Source: an uncultured Acidimicrobiales bacterium (lineage in GTDB: Bacteria; Actinomycetota; Acidimicrobiia; Acidimicrobiales; UBA10347). From it: a DNA stretch of 64,000 bases. Under the pieces are notes generated by a model. The model was not told where the DNA came from. It saw only the letters and a list, made by a program, of their open reading frames with translations, and did not search any database. Positions 61,513 through 64,000 of the stretch are shown piece after piece; position 1 is the stretch's first letter, and every line of letters begins with the position of its first letter. The stretch is from NCBI GenBank assembly GCA_943788915.1, contig CALSSD010000005.1, positions 1 to 64,000 on the forward strand, in the 5' to 3' direction. Made by a program: the position numbers and the translations under genes.

Positions 61513-64000
61513 GTGACTGCGATTGAGTACAACCTGAGCGACCGCATGGAATCGACCACTGGCACGGTCGCCCTGTCCGGTATCCAAGCACTTATGCGAG
61601 TGCTTCTGGACCAGAACCGCGCCGACGCCGCAGCTGGTCTGCGCACTGCCGGTCTGATTTCCGGCTACCGGGGTTCGCCCGTGGGCGGCATGGACCAGGC
61701 GTACGCTGCCGACGCCGACATCCTGAAGCAACACAACGTCGAGTTCATCAGCGGTGTCAACGAAGACCTCGGGGCTACCGCCGTATGGGGCAGCCAACAG
61801 GCCTCACTCGAGTCGAATGCTCGCTTCGATGGTGTGATGGGCATGTGGTACGGCAAGGGACCCGGCGTGGATCGCAGCGGCGATGCCCTGCGTCATGCCA
61901 ACTCGACCGGCGTAGACCCCAACGGCGGCGTGTTAGCTGTCGCTGGCGATGATCCGTTCTGCAAATCATCAACCATCGCATCGGCCTCGGAATGGGCACT
62001 TGCCGACTTGGCAATGCCTACCTTGTACCCGGCGAGCGTGCAGGAAGTGCTCGACATGGGCCGCTTCGGCTACGAACTGTCACGGTTCTGCGGGTCATGG
62101 GTTGGTTTCAAGATCCACAGCAATGTCGCTGATGCCTACGCCACCGTCAACACCGATGCCGAACGAATCTCGGTCGTCGTGCCCGACTTCGAGATCGATG
62201 ACAAACCGTTCAGCTACACCCAGCGCGTCACGTTGATCGCACCACATTCCATGGGCGCGGAACGAGAAATGTTTGGCCCCCGGCTCGAAGCTGCCAAAGC
62301 GTTTGTTGCCGCCAACGGACTCGACAAGGTCAGCGGAGCAACCGGCGACGCAACCATTGGTATTGTCGCCGCAGGGCCGGTGTTCGGCGAGTTGCGCGAC
62401 GCTCTCACCAAGATGGGCTTCGCGACCGATGCTGATCTGGCGAGCGCTGGCATTCGTCTCTACAAACCAGCGCTGATCTGGCCGCTTGAGCCGAACGGGT
62501 TGACCGGTTTCGCCGACGGCCTCGAAGAGATCATCGTGATCGAAGAGAAACGCTCGTTCATCGAGTCACAGATTCGCGACATCCTCTATGGCCGCACCGA
62601 CGCGCCACGGGTTCTCGGCAAACGCGACGACGAAGGCCGCACCATGATCGCCGACTTCGGCGGCCTGCTTGCCGAAGACATCGCCGGGCCGATCAAGGCT
62701 CGACTGCAGCGGGTCATTCCCGCAGAACGATTCACCAAGGAACGCCGACTCATTCCGATCTCGATCGCGACCGAAGCCAAGGAGCTTCCCGATCGGGCCG
62801 CGTACTTCTGCTCCGGGTGCCCGCACAACCGCTCAACGATGACACCCGACGGCTCCATGTCTGGTGGTGGCATTGGTTGCCACGGCATGGCTTTGGGTAT
62901 GGAACGAGAGAACTTCGGTATCACCCACATGGGTGGCGAAGGTGTGCAGTGGGTCGGCATGGCGCCGTTCCTGGATGAAACCCATCGCTTCCAGAATCTC
63001 GGCGATGGCACGTTGGCCCACTCAGGTTCGCTAGCCATCCGCCAGGCGGTGTCCGCCGGTGCGACGGTGACCTACAAGATCCTGTACAACGGCACGGTGG
63101 CCATGACCGGCGGTCAAGATGCTGCGGGTGCGCTCACCGTGCCCGACCTGACTCGTTCACTCTCGGCCGAGGGTGTCACGCAGATCGTGGTGGTTGCCGA
63201 CGACGTCGACAAGTATCCGAAAGGCGCGGTGTTCGCACCGAACGCACGCATTGAACACCGAGACGAACTCGACGCTGTGCAACGAGAACTCCGCGAGGTC
63301 GATGGCGTGACTGTGCTGATCTATGACCAAGCGTGTGCTGCCGAACTTCGACGTGGTCGCAAACGAGGCACCATCGAGACCCCGACCACCCGGGTCATGA
63401 TCAACGAAGACATCTGCGAGGGTTGCGGCCACTGCGGCGAGGTCTCCAACTGCGCCTCGGTCCATCCGGTGCAGACCCCGTTCGGCCGCAAGACACAGAT
63501 CCACCAAGAGTCATGCAACTTCGACCTCACCTGCCTTGGCGGCAACTGCCCGGCATTCGTGACGGTGGAGATCGATCCTGATTTCAAGCCGAGCAAGGAC
63601 CTGGCGGGTATCCCTGCTGGTGACCTGCCTGCTGACCCTACAGTTCCGGCCGACGGCAATGTGCTGCTCATCGGTATCGGCGGCACCGGCGTGGTGACCG
63701 TGAACCAGATCATCTCCACGGCAGCACTACTAGACGGCAAGTTCGCCAACGGTCTCGACCAAACCGGCCTCGCTCAAAAGGGCGGCACCGTGGTGTCGAA
63801 TCTACGTATCACCACCGTTGACCCATCTGGCGATCACGGTGCTGTCACCGCATCGAACCGGGTGGTCGATGGCGGTGCCGATGCCATGTTGATCTTCGAC
63901 CTCGTGTCAGCAACCAAGAACATCAACCGGGCTGACCCTGAACGCACACGGGCGGTCGTGAGCACCGCTCTCTTGCCGACCGGGTCGATGGTTTCGGGTC
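61513..64000 (+). CDS. Indolepyruvate ferredoxin oxidoreductase family protein (fused alpha-beta), 3'-truncated by window edge
   Basis: GTG 61513 after TAAGGT-N6. SGIQAL, SGYRGSP, NEDLGATAVWG, GKGPGVDRSGD, FCSGCPH, GDGT, CEGCGHC, GIGGTGV, DQTGLAQKGG. Frame appears open to the window end. Confidence 0.93.
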   Translation, partial: MTAIEYNLSDRMESTTGTVALSGIQALMRVLLDQNRADAAAGLRTAGLISGYRGSPVGGMDQAYAADADILKQHNVEFISGVNEDLGATAVWGSQQASLESNARFDGVMGMWYGKGPGVDRSGDALRHANSTGVDPNGGVLAVAGDDPFCKSSTIASASEWALADLAMPTLYPASVQEVLDMGRFGYELSRFCGSWVGFKIHSNVADAYATVNTDAERISVVVPDFEIDDKPFSYTQRVTLIAPHSMGAEREMFGPRLEAAKAFVAANGLDKVSGATGDATIGIVAAGPVFGELRDALTKMGFATDADLASAGIRLYKPALIWPLEPNGLTGFADGLEEIIVIEEKRSFIESQIRDILYGRTDAPRVLGKRDDEGRTMIADFGGLLAEDIAGPIKARLQRVIPAERFTKERRLIPISIATEAKELPDRAAYFCSGCPHNRSTMTPDGSMSGGGIGCHGMALGMERENFGITHMGGEGVQWVGMAPFLDETHRFQNLGDGTLAHSGSLAIRQAVSAGATVTYKILYNGTVAMTGGQDAAGALTVPDLTRSLSAEGVTQIVVVADDVDKYPKGAVFAPNARIEHRDELDAVQRELREVDGVTVLIYDQACAAELRRGRKRGTIETPTTRVMINEDICEGCGHCGEVSNCASVHPVQTPFGRKTQIHQESCNFDLTCLGGNCPAFVTVEIDPDFKPSKDLAGIPAGDLPADPTVPADGNVLLIGIGGTGVVTVNQIISTAALLDGKFANGLDQTGLAQKGGTVVSNLRITTVDPSGDHGAVTASNRVVDGGADAMLIFDLVSATKNINRADPERTRAVVSTALLPTGSMVSG

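Overview
High-GC, densely coding bacterial window. Gene content and pervasive leaderless TANNNT-N6/7-ATG promoters suggest an actinobacterium, probably Acidimicrobiia (inference). It holds about 60 mostly catabolic genes: SDRs, crotonases, 2OG-Fe(II) dioxygenases, Cu amine oxidase, a CoxL/XdhB-like subunit, a single-chain acyl-CoA carboxylase and an IOR. It also has a seven-gene mrpABCDEFG operon, an ECF sigma/membrane partner pair and a protease-MoxR-DUF58-VWA-VWA operon. I saw no rRNA, tRNA, CRISPR array or intact mobile element. Main finding: two GrdB/PrdB-family genes (48831-49838 minus, 53424-54299 plus) that the ORF caller splits at an in-frame TGA. In both, the TGA lies in the same LxPx-U-PVC (UxxC) motif and is followed 10 nt later by a 19-nt hairpin with three compensatory base-pair changes. 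These look like two unannotated selenoproteins with SECIS elements. They flank a cyclodeaminase/dehydratase pair, and no canonical Grd/Prd partner subunits are in the window. Second finding: a Tat-exported, circularly permuted flavin amine oxidase (46362-47646). Seven genes carry single-base frameshifts that look like sequencing errors. At least three loci are true decayed pseudogenes (ABC permease, S1P-lyase-like, PIN toxin).
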